The notes under the pieces were generated by a model. That model did no database searches and was not told where the DNA came from. It saw only the letters and a program-made list of their open reading frames with translations. A stretch of DNA of 64,000 nucleotides from the human T2T-CHM13v2.0 reference genome, Homo sapiens: NCBI RefSeq assembly GCF_009914755.1, contig NC_060926.1. One strand, 5' to 3'. Made by a program: the position numbers and the translations under genes. Positions 1-13,430 of the stretch are shown piece by piece. Within the stretch, counting starts at the first letter, position 1, and each line of letters begins with the position of its first letter.

Positions 1-2442
1 TAATTGTGTGACAGAAAAACTCATTGCCAGGAAATTATGTTGTATTTGCTTAGGCTTCATTCTAAACATATGAGGCTTTGGGAGAGTTAATAAAGTTTTT
101 ATTTTATGTGTACTGAGATATTCTGGTGCCCACAGGGCAGAAGAGATGGTTCATATTGTTGTTCAGATATAATTAAACCTAGGTCACATTCAAGTCCATT
201 AAGCAACAGCCTCAAATCCTTTTAATTAATGGATTCAGATTGATCTAAAGAAGCTAATTAAATTTTTCCCAAGATTTTCTATTTAAATAGACAAACATTG
301 TGCTGCTTGCATTTCCTCCAAAGCTGTTCTTTGAAATTTAGAGTTGATGAAGGTATCCACACTTCATGGCAGGCCCTGATTTTCAGAGGTCAGGAGGCAC
401 TGTGGGTTCTCTGACTAAACCTGCAGAAATCCTGATCTGCGTCTTCTGGCACTTTTCTCCTCAGTCAGAAAGATCTGGACTCCCTGTGCTATCTTATGCC
501 CAACCACGGCCTGACAGAGGTCATTTGTTTTCCACTGGAGAGCCGGCACATCCTCTCCAAAGTCTGATAGGAGAGGGCAAATCAGAGATCACAAGTCTGG
601 TAGATAACAACCCTGGATTCTTCATATTCCATAAAGCTGGGATGTCGTGGGACTAGTACATTCCCACTGTTTCCTTCCATTTCATCTGCAGCAGTCAGAT
701 CTCCCCCACCCCTGAGCCACATGTCCAGGCCACACCCTATAGTTAGAAGTTCTCTCTGACAATCTCGTTTCTGTTAGCTGTATAATAAGAGTAAGATGCA
801 GAGCAGGAGCTTCCTAATGGTAGTAGAGCTTTCCCTTTATCCTACAGCTTCCAGGCTCCTGGCTACCATGTTTTCCTCACCACCATCACCCCCACCCGTG
901 ATCTCTGGTGGTTCTGCTGCCCAAGGGGGAAATGACCCAGCCAGCATTAGGGGCTCTGCTGGCCTCTAAAGCTTCTTTTCTTCCCAGCTCCCTGCCCTGT
1001 GGACATCTCTGGCATTGTGATCACGCAGTTTTCAGGAAACGAAAATTTATTCTTTCAAAAAACCAAAAAGATTGAGTACCCTATTCTGTTCAAAACAAAA
1101 GTAAATAGGTCCAGAAAACCTGAGATGTTAGTGCTGTGCCCCAGAATTCCTTCAGGAGCTACCTGGTTCTCCAGTATGTCACCCATGGGCTGTGCTCAGG
1201 GTTGGCCTGACACATGCAGCCCGGCAGCTTGGGCCTGGCACCCTCCAGCTGAACCTTTCTAAACGATCATTCAATTAGAGCAGCTGCTAAGAGAGGAAAG
1301 CTGGTGAGAAGGAGGGGATTGCTGTGAAAAGACCGAGGGAAAAACAGAACCAAGCTTGCAGCTAAATCTAGTTGAGCCATCTCCTTCATTCTCAACACCT
1401 GGCCTTGTGGTTGGGTGATGCTCTGTGATGGCAGAAGGTAAGGACGCCCTGGGGCCCAGTTATCTTTTCTCACTTAATGTGCCCCTGGGGGCTGAAACAG
1501 AACAGGCTTTTATGTGGGTAGAGAGGACACAGCTTCGTCAAGCCCAGACCTGGACCCTGCCCATCAACAACCTGCAGTGCTCCAGCAGTGTGAAGTACAC
1601 CCACTGTGATGGTACGTGCCGAGGCATTTCTGTGAGCAGTTATTTCATTTTTGGACCCAGGAAATCAGCACCACTGAACTGCAGCTTGTCCCCTTTGTCA
1701 TCGTGGCTTCCAGCTGCTGTGGTTGCTCTGAGGACTGAGAGCAAGTTGTTGCTGCCATCTATGGTCTGTCTTGGGGGAAGCACATGGTTTGCCTGCTGGA
1801 GAGGGAAGCAGCTGCCTTGCAGATTCAGCAACACAGCACCCTCTCTCCCCTCTGAGGGGAAAATCAACACCAAGATGTTGGTGTCCCCAGTGTAAACCCC
1901 ATTATGAAAACCTGTGTTTACTGACCTACCATCATTTTAAAGCAGTTCCGTTTGAACTGCAATCAAACCTCCAAGTGACCTTTCTGTCCCTCCGCCCAGC
2001 ATTCCTGAAAGGGCCTGTTGTTTCTTTGGTTCAATGAAGAAACCTTCTGTGTAGTTAAGCAAGTGTTTTTCCAGTCATGTCTCCTGGTGAGTTACAGAAG
2101 GATTATTGTTGGGTCTTGGTGGTGGTGGTGGTTGTTTTTCTTTTAATACTCCATCCTCCCTACCCCGTGGATACCCCTAGACACTTAATTTTTTAGTTCC
2201 TTGGTGGAGGAGAGCATAGTGAGTTGAGCAGCTTTGTGGGGACTTTAAAAGTTCGTAGTTTTTCAGATCCTGGTGTAAGCTGAATTCTCTCTGCCCCACC
2301 CCCCAGGGCCTGGGAGCCTTCCAAAGTGAGGTGTCCACACGGGAATGGGCCACAGAATCGCCGCCTGCAAGCTAGGAATGCCCGTCCTGCCTGATGGTCC
2401 TGCCTGATGTGTTCATACGCTGTGTGGTTTTCTGTCTTACAG

Positions 2443-2589
2443 TTGTTTGTTGGACTTGGGTTCCCTTACGAGGGCCCAGCTCCCCTGGAAGCTATCGCAA
2501 ATGGATGTGCTTTTCTGAATCCCAAGTTCAACCCACCCAAAAGCAGCAAAAACACAGACTTTTTCATTGGCAAGCCAACTCTGAGAGAG
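2443..2589 (+). CDS. MGAT5: MGAT5 coding exon (5th from last), 147 bp, phase 0/0
   Basis: ttttctgtcttacAG acceptor, GTaagc donor; translates LFVGLGFPYEGPAPLEAIANGCAFLNPKFNPPKSSKNTDFFIGKPTLRE, matching recalled GnT-V catalytic-domain sequence. Confidence 0.98.
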
Positions 2590-4079
2590 GTAAGCATCTA
2601 TCAAAATTATTCCATTTTGAATAATATGAATAATAGCTATTTATTGAGTGCTCATGTAGGTATTAACTTCATCTAACATGATTGGGTGGGAGGGTGAGGG
2701 TATAGAGGCTCAGAGAGGCAAATGACCTGATCACATCACCTTGCAAGTTAGGGGCAGGATTTGAATCTACTTCTGCCTTCACCAAGTAAGGGATCTTGAC
2801 ACTCTACCCCCACTCTAGCTTACTGTAAACTCAGACAATCTAGCCTCTGATTATAGCTGAACTCTGGTTTCCTGAATGTTTGAAGTTTAGGGAGTGAGAT
2901 CAACTGGTTAGCAGATACTTGTGAAGAATCTGCTCCCCATGATGGGCTTTGGAGAATAAAAAGTGGGCTGTGGGAGTTTTCAAAGAGCCATCAGCCTCAG
3001 GATACCATATGTATCATGGATAACTGAAGTAATGTGACTGATTTTTTTCACCCACCATCCCAAGAAGTAATCCTACCATTGCTAGAACCATTTGCAGAAG
3101 CCTCATTTGAATTGCCTTCAGAGATCCTGTTGAAAATCTGCAGTGTGTGATGAATCACCATTGAGGGTAGTTGGATTTGATTTAGGGCAATAAACAAAAG
3201 TCTTTTACAGCTACGTGTGAGTGATCAAGCTGGGTGTTTCTTCATCTGGTCAGAAATAGGTGTGTGCAAGAAACCATAAGATTGATTTTCTGATTATTTC
3301 TATGTAGTTAGTAGTAAGTGACTCTGCAGGCAGCTTATGAAGGGAAGTCATAGCAGCATCCTTGTCATTCAGGGCCTTTGGCTGGGGGATTACATTGATT
3401 AGCATCCGTCCCATGGCATATCAATGTAGAAGGACAGTTTATAAAACATATATTTTTCAGTTCTACTTTTAAACCCCTTCTGAGTCATTTTCTCTCCCAA
3501 ATAGTATATAAGATGCATTTTCAATGGTTATTTTTTATTGATCAGTCAGAAACCTTGACAATTTATAGAACTGATTACTTTGAGAGTTATTTTTCTCTGA
3601 CCCTTCCTGTCATTGGTGAAATAGCCAAAGGAGATAGAAGTTCAATAAGATCTATGTTTATCTATAAAAGGTTAATCCGTGGCCCAGATAACCTTTGACA
3701 AGGGTTGTGCACACACTTGTGTGTGTGTGTGTGGTTTTTTTTTTTTTTCCTTCTGCTAGAATAATAAATTTGAATTCTTCATTTGGGGAGTGGTTTTGTA
3801 TTAAGAGGTCAGTTTGTTCATTTATAAGTCGGCAATACTTAATGTACATCTGTGTGCTAGGTGCTGTAGGAAGTGCTAGGACACAGAGACTGGGGACATT
3901 CAGTCTGCCGTGAACCTATTCTTTTGAAAAGTTTAAAAAGATGCTGCCCAGCAGTGAAAATATCTCAGTTTAGGAATCTCTGCTTTAGCATGTGACTGAC
4001 TTCTTTGAAACTTTGGAGTTTGGCGGGGGGAAAGAAACTAGTAAATCATCCCTCGGGTTTTTTGTTTATTTTTGACAAA

Positions 4080-5555
4080 AAATATGCTTAAGGTGTACAC
4101 CTTGATGTTTTGATAAATATACACATTGTGAGATAGTCATTACAATCAAGCTAATCCATCACCTTACATATTAAATAGATATTTTTTTCATGGTAAAAAC
4201 ACTTAAGATCTCCTTTTTTGGCAAATTTCAAGTATGCAATACAGTATTGTTAACTATGGTCATAATGCTGCACACTAGTTCTCCAGAACTTAATCAACTT
4301 GTATAACTGAGACTTTGACCAACATCTCCCCATATCCCCACGCACCAGTCTCTGGGAATCACGAATGTATTCTCTGCTCTGCGAGTTCAACCATTTTACT
4401 GTGAGTTGAACTGTGAGTTCAGCTAGGCTGGTCTGCATGTGGGATCATGCAGAATTTTCCTTCTGTGCCTGGCTTATTTTACTTAGCATAATATTTTCCA
4501 CATTCATCCATGTTGCCGCCAGTGATGGGATTTCCTTCTTTTGCAGGCTAAATATTTCATATACACATAATTTGTTTATCTATTCATCCACTGAAGGCCA
4601 CTTAGTTTGTTTCCATATCTTGGCTATTATGAATAATGCTGCAGTGTACATGCGAGTGCAGATACTGCTTTAACATACTGATTTTAACTGCTTTGGATAT
4701 ATACCCAGCAGTGGGATTGCTGGATTATGTGGAGTTCTATTTCTTATTTTTTGAGAAACCTCCATTTTCTTTTTCATTTATGGCTGTAACACATTACATT
4801 TTCACCAGCAGGGTACCAAGCTTCCCTTTTTACCACATTCTTGCCAGACACTTGTTATCTTTTGTCTTTTTGATAAAAGCCATTTTAACAAGCATGAGGT
4901 GATATCTCCTTGTGGTTTCAATGTGCATCTCCCTGATGATGAAAGATGTTGAGCACCTTTTCATATGTTTGTTTGCCTTGTGTATGTCTTCTTTCGAGAA
5001 ATGTCTTCAGGTTATTTGCGTATATTTTAATTTGATTGGTTGGGTTTTTTCCGCAGTTGAGTTGTAGGAGTTCCTTATATACTTTGGGAATTAACCGCTT
5101 ATTAAATATGTGGTTTGCAAATATTTTCTCCCATTCCATAGGTTGCCTTTTCACTCTATTGATTGTTTCCTTTGCTGTGCAGAAGCTCTTTAGTTTGATG
5201 CAATCTCAGTTGCCTGTTTTTGCTTTTGTTGCCTGTGCTTTTAGTATCATACCCAAACATCATTGCCCAGACTAGTGTCAAGAAGCTTTTGCACTTTTTT
5301 TTTCCTCGTAGTTGTGCTGTTTCAGGTCTTATATTGAAGTCTAATCAATTTTGAATTCATTTTTATAGATAGTGTGAGATAAAGATTTGATTTCATTCTT
5401 ATGCTTGTGGAAATCAAGTTTTCCAAATATTATTTATTGATGACACTGTGCTTCTCCATTGTGTATTCTTGTCAGCGTCGTTGGGAATCAGTTCTTTTCT
5501 GGTTTCTCTGTTCTGTTCCATTGGTCTGTATGTCTGTTTTTATGCCAAAATCACC
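4080..5555 (-). mobile_element. Old L1 (L1MA-like) 3' portion: ORF2 C-terminus plus 3'UTR
   Basis: - strand [36 protein letters not shown] resembles L1 ORF2p C-terminus; typical antisense L1 T-rich sequence. Confidence 0.9.
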
Positions 5556-5689
5556 TGTACATTTGAAATTAGCTCTAGGAAATCTCTAAAGTTCTACTTC
5601 TGCCCAAATTGTAGATATTATTTTTCCATGTTTTATGCCCAAATTGTAGATATTAATTTTCCATGTTTGTTTAACATTTGAGATAAAGT

Positions 5690-6740
5690 ATATACAACAT
5701 AAAACTTACCATTTATCGTTAAAGTTTTTAACCATTTTTAAGTGTACAATTCACTGGCATTAAGTATATTTGCAATATTGTGCAACCATCACTGCTATCC
5801 ATTTCCAGAACTTGTTCATCATTCTAAACAGAAATTCTGCACACGTTAAACACTAACTCCCCATTCTCCCCACTTCTCAACCCCTGGTAAACCTCTCTTC
5901 TACTTTGTGTCTCTGTGAATTTGCCTATTCTAGGTACCTCATATAAGTGGAACCATATAATGTCTGTCCTTTTGTGTCTGGCTCACCAACTTAGCATGTT
6001 TTCAAGGTTTGTTCATGTTGTAGCCTGTTTCAGAATCTCATTCCTTACTTTTTTTTTTTGGAGACCGGGTCTTGCTCTGCCACCCAGGCTGGAGGAGTGC
6101 AATGGTGTGATCATGGCTCACTGCAGTCTCAAACTCCTGGGCTCTAGTGATATTTCTTCCTCAGCCTCCTGAGTAGCTGGGACTACAGTTGTGTGCCACG
6201 ACACCTCGCTACTCTTTTTATATTTGGTAGAGATGGGATCTCACTGTATTAACTAGGCTGATCTTGAACTCCTGGACTAAAGCGACCCTTCCAAGTAGCT
6301 TAGGATTACAGACACACCCCACCACACCCAGCTAATTAATTTTTTTTTTTTTTTTTTGCAGAAACAAAGGTCTTACTATGTTGCTTAGGCTGGTCTCCAA
6401 CTCCTGGGATCAAGTGATCCCCCCCACCTCAGCCTCCCAAAGTGCTGGGATTACAGCATGAGTCACCATGCCTGGCCTATGTCACTCCTTTTTATGAAAA
6501 AAATATATATATTTCACTCCTTTTTATGAATATCTACACACTACTTTCTTAAGGCTGAATATTCCATTGAATATATATATAAATCATTTTGTTTATTCAG
6601 TTATTGATGGATAAATGGGCAAAAGGTTGTAGTCACCTTTTGCCCATTGTAATGCTACTATGAACATTGGTATACAAGTATTTTGAGTCTCTGCTTTCAA
6701 TACTTTGAGGAATGTACCTACAAGTAGACTTGCTAGAATT
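5690..6740 (-). mobile_element. L1MB-like 3' fragment interrupted by Alu sequence
   Basis: ttaaccatttttaagtgtacaatt...tgtgcaaccatcac...gaatttgcctattctaggtacctcatataagtggaa motif of L1MB 3' ends; resumes near 6545. Confidence 0.75.
6047..6477 (-). mobile_element. Diverged AluJ-like element plus adjacent left-monomer Alu
   Basis: Two poly-T tracts each followed by antisense Alu sequence (ctcagcctcccaaagtgctgggattaca). Confidence 0.88.
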
Positions 6741-7490
6741 TACTTTTTACTTTGAAATAATTTTACTGGTACAGAAAAGTTGCAAAAATAATATGGAGTT
6801 CAGGCATACCCTTCATCTAGCTTCTTCTTATGGCAGCTTCTACAAAACTACAGTACAGTGGTCAAAACCAAGAAATTAACATTGGTACCATAGTATTATC
6901 TAAACTACAGACTTTATTTGGACTTCACCAGTTTTTCCACCGAGATCCTTTTTCTGTTCCTGGATCCAATTCTGGACCCACATTGCATTTAATAGTCGTG
7001 TCTCCTTAGTCTCGTCTGATCTGTGCCAATTCAGTCTTTCACTATCACCCATGACCTTAACCACTTTTAAGGAGCACAGGTTAGCTTTTTGTACACTGTT
7101 TCTCAATTTGGATTTGACTGATATTTTCCCATCAGTCAAATTTGAAGTTATGCATTTTTGGCAAGAATATCCCAGAAGTGATGTACCTTTCTCAGCACAT
7201 CACATTAGGGGGCATATGATGTCAATATGTTGTACTGATTGACCCCAGGTTTCTCCACTATGAAGTTACTCTTTTAGTCTTTTCTCTGTGGTAGGGGTAG
7301 TACTCTGGGGCTATGTTAGAATATCCTGTTTATCCTCAAATTTTTGTATCATATAGCAGTGGATTTGTATAGTGTCACATACTATACAAATAAATACAGT
7401 ATTTATTGTATCATATAGGACTGGATCATGTCTGCAACAATGATTACTGTGGTATTCTGATGGTGATTTTCTGATTCCCTCATGATTTTT
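6740..7490 (-). mobile_element. L1MC/MD-like 3' end fragment
   Basis: gaaataatttt...acagaaaagttgcaaaaata and ccttttctgttcctggatcca-type motifs; antisense counterpart of the element at 56770-57475. Confidence 0.65.
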
Positions 7491-9012
7491 TAAATGCATG
7501 AAAAGCAAAGAAGCCCCTATCTTTTCTTACTGCAGTTTCTATATACAAGCCTTTGGGAAATGAATCAAAAGTAGCTGAGATTAAGTTGGCAACTGACACA
7601 CTTTTGTTAAAACTGACTCTAAAGGTTTTAATGACACTGTGGCCACTGAGTATTTTTTTCCCGGGAAAAAAAAAATTAGGACACTCTTAAACACAATCTG
7701 AACATTGCCCAGTGAATGATGTAATGTTACATGGATCAGATCAGCCAGCGTGAAGTTATCAAGAAAAGCATTTCATTGTTTTCTATCAGTTGCCATCATT
7801 TTGTAATTTACTTTTTGCTGAGGTCATGGAAGGTTTTCATTCTTCATGCTGTAAGAAGAGAATAGGCATTGGAGCTGTCACACGGACATTTGGTTCCTCC
7901 TGTCCCTTCAACCCTTCAGATGATTCCACCAGCCCTTAAATGTGACTCTATTAGAGAAACTGTGGGATCCTTTCAACAGTCGCTCAGCAAGTGACCTCAC
8001 ACAGATGACTCCATCAGTCCTAGGCTCCCCCAGGAGGGCAGGATGCAGAGGGGAGTTGACAGGTGTTTAATGCATCCCCGCAGGGTGGTACTAGTTGCTG
8101 CACTGGGAGAATTCATCAATGTACATTTCCTGTTTTCCAGGAGCTCCAAATCTGATATGAAAGAGTTATAGGACAAATGCATAATCAGTGGAAGTGCATG
8201 AAGAAATAGCTAAGTGAATTCAGGAGGGGAGTGAACTTGGAGTTGTGCTGGGTGGAGGATGTGCAGGGTTAGCTGCGAAGGGGATAGTGGAGGAGCTGTG
8301 CTTTCAAGGAAAAGGAGGCGAGCGGGTCTCAAGCCTGAGAAGCATGAATACTGACAAGTCGGGGATACCCCAAGAAGGTCAGTTTGCTTTATGCAAGAGG
8401 GCAGGTTCCATCTGATATCTAGCTCCCTCCAGCAACATCAGACAGCATTGAGAGGGACCAGCGAGCTTGATCTCATGTCCAGGTGGGTTACCCTGTCCTG
8501 CTCTGCCAGCTCACAAAAGTCCACAAAATCCCTGTAACCAAAGAAGCTTTTAATGGGAAAAGAGCTGTCAACAGGTTCATTTCTAAGAATCAAAAATCCC
8601 TAGAAATTATCTTTTTTCCTTAGCAAATGGAAACATTGTAACCAGAGTATACATAATTACAAAACTATCTTTTTACACCCACACAAATCTTTCATATTAA
8701 GTAATAATTGATCCACCTAAATTGATCATATCAACTGCATACATGTCTCTTTGCCTTCAGTTGAAGAGAAGAAAAGGTCTGGATATCTAAATGTGGGTTT
8801 AGCTTTGTTTTTATTTTTGTGCTGGACCATTTTTCAAACCATGATGTCTACTCAGAGGGAGAAAAGTTCCGCAAGGCCTTAAGTAATGTGGCTGGTTCAG
8901 GTTATGTTTTAATATAAACTGGATTTTTATCTTTATATTGGGAAACATATGAGTAGGTTCTCGATCATTTTTCTGACATTTTTTAAGCCATTAGAAATAC
9001 TCTGGCTTCAGG

Positions 9013-9015
<3 letters not shown>

Positions 9016-9065
<50 letters not shown>
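9016..9065. repeat. (TG)25 microsatellite
   Basis: Perfect dinucleotide run. Confidence 0.98.
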
Positions 9066-9068
<3 letters not shown>

Positions 9069-10879
9069 CCATAAAGAGAACTCATGTTCTCCTTGGAGAT
9101 TTAATAGCCACTCTGAAGTAATGTCTCATATTTAATAAGATTTTCATTACTTTTACAAACTATACTCCAGTAAATTTATTGATTGATATACAATGAAGTA
9201 TCTTAGATCAGATGGTTCTCAATAAATTAGCAAGAAGGAACGTAACATTCAGAGGGGAACTAATGAATCACAAAATGCCTCACTCATAAAGCTAAGTAAC
9301 CTTCAGTAAATGTAAATGAACAAAAGGATAATAGCTCAGCATTTTGTATTTTCCAAGTGCTTGGAGCAACCTTGTAAATAAGCAGAGACCTTAAAAGGCA
9401 GGAGAGGAGGGAGACTGCTGACATGTAAATTACTAAATAGTGACATTGATGGCAACTTTAACTTACCCTGATTCCGTCAGAAAATCTAATCAGTTCTCCA
9501 GGCCACAAAATGAAAATGATGTGACATTTTGCTCATCTTCAGAAAATACAGGCATAAATTCAGTCCTGAATTTAGGTTGGCAAGTTGTAAGAGCTGGATT
9601 AAAAAGCTGGTGTTTACATTGGGCCTTTGTCTTAAGAACTTAAAGACATCCTTTAAAATTGTCACCTTCCTTTTTATCCAAAGCTAAGAAGTTGTTGAAG
9701 GACCTAGATTTGAAGTTGGCTCTTCTCCTTTCCAGCTGTGGGGTCTTAGGGGAAATGTAATCGCCTCTCAGTCTCAGAATCGTCATTGATGCATAATAAA
9801 CCTGAGAAATAACGTTTGTGCAGGTGATTAGCAGGAAGCGTAGGGCTTCCTTGGTAAGTGTTGAATTCAGAAGTGTGCAGAGAAAAAAAAATGGAAGTTT
9901 TCTGAGTTCCGTGGGCCTGCAGAGAGTCTGTAGCTTTTATCACTGACCATAGAGCTGAGCCGAGGAAGACAGCACCTGTCAGAAGGGCGGGAAACTGAAG
10001 AGACTGATGACGGGCTGCTGCTGGATAGAGGCCCAGATAACCTGCAGTCAGCAGAGGCTCACTGCTGGGCCCAGGGACTTGTCGGGCTTCCTGCCTTGAA
10101 TAGCACATGCATGCTCTTGGTGTGGCAGGATACAAAGAACAGTGGCTAAGGGAAAGACGGAGGGGTGCCAGTTAATTCCTCTAGCCCTGTGAGTATCCTG
10201 AGGAAAAGAGGAGAGCCAGCTTGACCTCCAAAGCAAAGGCCTGAGGAGAAGAGAAGAGCCAGCTTGACCTCCAAAGCAAAGGCCTCAGCACTGGCAAACC
10301 CAATATTTCCTATTGTTATAAATATGAGATGAAATTTGTAAATTATATAACCTTGCCTACCCGTGTAATTTCAAAAGGGAATAATTCTCTAACAAATATA
10401 AAGGAGAAATAAAAGGAAAAGAATTTCTAATAAAGCAATACATATTTCAGTATTATGGAATCAAGAACTGTGCTGTCCCATACCCAACAGCTATACCAGG
10501 CACTATGATGCCTTGTTTCTCCTCACAATGAGTGTTTTTATTTAAAAGGAATGAAACATTCAGCTGAATATGGTCAGCCTTTTTACTTAAAATTGACATT
10601 ATGAAGGAGGAGCGAAGCCTGAGTGTGTTTACGTATGCCCACATATAAATAGAATTGCCAGTAATGTGATAGCTCCAAATATAGACTAATGTGGGTATGT
10701 TTTACTGGAGACTCTGACATCCTCAGTGGCACTGACTTTGTTGCTTTGATCTTTCTGAAATGATGACAGCTCATTGGTGACGTTTCAGATAAAACAGAGC
10801 AGAGACATTGCTTCATTTACATGGTGATTATGTCTCTGGATAATTCAATGTATGTTTGAACTGTCAAAAAGTTAGATTC

Positions 10880-11180
10880 TGACTGGGCATGGTGGTTCAT
10901 GCCTGTAATCCTAGCACTTTGGGGGCTGAGACAGGTGGATCACTTGAGGCCAGGAGTTCGAGACCAACCTGGCCAACATGATGAAACCCCATCTCTACTA
11001 AAAATACAAAAACTTAGCCAGGCATGGTGGTGCGCACCTATAGTTCCAGCTACTCAGGAGGCTGAAGCAGGAGAATTGCTTGAACCCAGGAGGCAGAGGT
11101 TGCAGTGAGCTGGATCATACTACTGCATTCCAGCTGGGGTGACAAAGCAAAACTCTGTTTCAAAAAAAAAAAATAAAAAA
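10880..11180 (+). mobile_element. AluS-type element
   Basis: Full dimeric Alu with central A-rich linker and poly-A tail. Confidence 0.95.
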
Positions 11181-11229
11181 CTAGATTCTCTAAGCCCACG
11201 TGAAAGCCCTGCAGGCCATTTGAAAGTTT

Positions 11230-11380
11230 CGTGGGCAGTGGACAATTCTTCCTGTGCAGGACTGTCCTTGGACATTGTGAAGTGCTTATATCCCTGGTTC
11301 CCACCCACAGACTAAGGGTAACATTCTCCAGTTATTATGGTAGCTGAAAATGCTCTCACACGTGGCTAGAATGCTCCCTT
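11230..11380. mobile_element. MER3/MER20-like hAT-Charlie fossil
   Basis: ggacaattcttcctgtgcaggactgtccttggacattg...atccctggttcccacccac resembles recalled consensus. Confidence 0.5.
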
Positions 11381-11465
11381 TACAACATGACCTTAAAGGG
11401 ATATGAGGACAGAGGTGGAAACAAAATCAGGGGATAAATTTAGCTGTATTAAAGAATGGACTCAA

Positions 11466-11748
11466 CTGAGCACAGTGGCTTGTGCCTGTAATCCCGGCAG
11501 TTTGGGAGGCGGACACAGGAGAATCATTTGAGGCCAGGAGTTTGAGACCCACCTGGGCAACATACAGAGACCGTGTGTATACAAAAAAAAAAAAAAATTG
11601 TTTTTAATTAGCCAGGCATGATGTGCACATCTGTAGTCCCAACTACTCAGAATGCTGAGGCAAGGTGATCTCTTGAGCCCAGGAGTTTGAGGCTGCAGTG
11701 AACTACGACTGGGCAACAGAGCAAGACCCTTTGGGGAAAAAAAAGAAG
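11466..11748 (+). mobile_element. AluJ-type element
   Basis: Diverged dimer with ttgagcccaggagtttgaggctgcagtga right arm. Confidence 0.92.
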
Positions 11749-12380
11749 AATGGACACTTCATGAATTCAGAATTGTCATGGTTTGCACTTGGTTTCTTTG
11801 ACCACATGTTGTTTTTAAAATAAAACCCCCTTTAGGACAAAAACTGCCATTCCTTGTTTTTCTGAATATTATGCTAATTATTATTCCTGAAACCATCCCA
11901 AAAATTCTGTGTATTTCTGATGGTGTCATTTTTTTCTATCACCTTTTGTATGCACCATGACTTAGCCTCCTGGGACTTTAAAAGCCTTGATTTTTCTTGT
12001 AATTGTCTATGCTGACCTTTCTGTCTTAGCCAGGAGAATAGATACTGGTTTGATCTAGTAATAGGTGATTTTCGGGGCTGGGTTCTGGGTAGGAGAAACT
12101 GTTCATCATTTCTTGATGTGATGTTGGGGGCTAAAGCCTCCTGTAGCAGCTTCCTTGTCACCTGGTTGTGACATTATCTTATTTCCAAGTGGGATTCAAG
12201 GTACAGAACCATCACTGTTTTGTTATCTGCTTATGGATGGTTTTGATCATCAAGGGGAAGGACACAGTGTCTTGTTACCTACACGATTATAACTCAGTAC
12301 CATAAAAAGCATAGCACTCCATCTAGCACAGGTTATTTTAAAAATTGCTTGTGAGACTGAGGTGTTCGGTTCTTTTCCAG

Positions 12381-12497
12381 CTGACATCCCAGCATCCTTA
12401 CGCTGAAGTTTTCATCGGGCGGCCACATGTGTGGACTGTTGACCTCAACAATCAGGAGGAAGTAGAGGATGCAGTGAAAGCAATTTTAAATCAGAAG
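12381..12497 (+). CDS. MGAT5: MGAT5 coding exon (4th from last), 117 bp, phase 0/0
   Basis: tcttttccAG acceptor, GTtggt donor; LTSQHPYAEVFIGRPHVWTVDLNNQEEVEDAVKAILNQK continues the previous exon in frame. Confidence 0.98.
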
Positions 12498-13264
12498 GTT
12501 GGTTCATTTTATTCCACTTTCCCTCCTTTCTAATGTGACCTGAAATGTGTATAAAACACATCATAGGTCCTTGTTTTTAGCAAACAGATCTTTACCACAT
12601 CAGCTTAACTCTGGAATTAGAAAATAACCAAGCTGCAGGATTTGGCCTGTGGATTTCATGAATGTTCTGTGAAATGGAAACAGAGCTGGTATCCCGATGT
12701 GGGCATGGATTCCATAGACCGTTTAGACATGACCATGGATCCCAGGCACAGGAGCAGGAACTGGAGTCATACTTGGTTCAGTGACCTGATTATGTTGCTC
12801 TCACAGAGATCTGAAAAGATAGCCCTGCTTCCTCTACAAAAGAGGGAGAAGTGCAAGGAAATGCTGAGGAATGTTTTTATAGAACATCTGTTTGTTTGTT
12901 TGTTCTATCTAAACATGTAGTAGAATTTTGTAAAAGTAACTACATTTCTGGCCTCTTCTGATCAATTCAACAGACATTTGTGAGGTACCTACCATACACA
13001 GAGTGCTCTCTGAGTCACCTGGGGTTGTGGAGGGCGGGGTGTTTACTTCCATAATCATAGAGGAGGCTGGCTTCCCACCTATCAGAAGTTTACCATCCAG
13101 TAAAGACGAGTTCAGTTATCCTTTCTCCCAACTCGGAGCCCACCGTGGACTCTCACAGCTGCACTCTGCTGCTGTACTTTGGTGGGAGCACTTTTTACAC
13201 TTAGTTGCGATGCTTTAAGAGAAGCCGGGGTAGGCATGTGGGAGGGCAGGCTGGACGCACACAG

Positions 13265-13430
13265 TGTGGGTTCAGTTCTAGCTCTACCACTTACTAGCAG
13301 CTTCCCCTCATGTATAATGTAGGGCTAATATTACCACTTGATTGGTCACTTGTGAGGAGTAAATGAGATAATGTATGTAAAGTGCTTAAGTTCAATGTCT
13401 ACTTGTGTTTAGTGTTTAGTCAATATTATG
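13265..13430 (+). mobile_element. MIR fragment
   Basis: gggttcagttctagctctaccacttactagc...gtgaggagtaaatgagataatgtatgtaaagtgctta. Confidence 0.7.

Noticed and set aside
2407-2676. Track ORFs overlapping MGAT5 exons (also 12345-12533, 17868-18068, 38143-38421) as standalone genes
   Set aside because: Only the splice-site-bounded parts are coding; the flanks are intronic read-through
4918-5154. ORF resembling L1 ORF2p
   Set aside because: Short remnant of a truncated, degenerate L1; not an active gene
10197-10285. Repeat-spacer-repeat pattern superficially like a CRISPR array
   Set aside because: Only two units of a simple tandem duplication in mammalian intron; no cas genes
10290-10870. AT-rich segment possibly a Charlie-type DNA transposon fossil
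   Set aside because: Could not identify terminal repeats or a confident family match by eye
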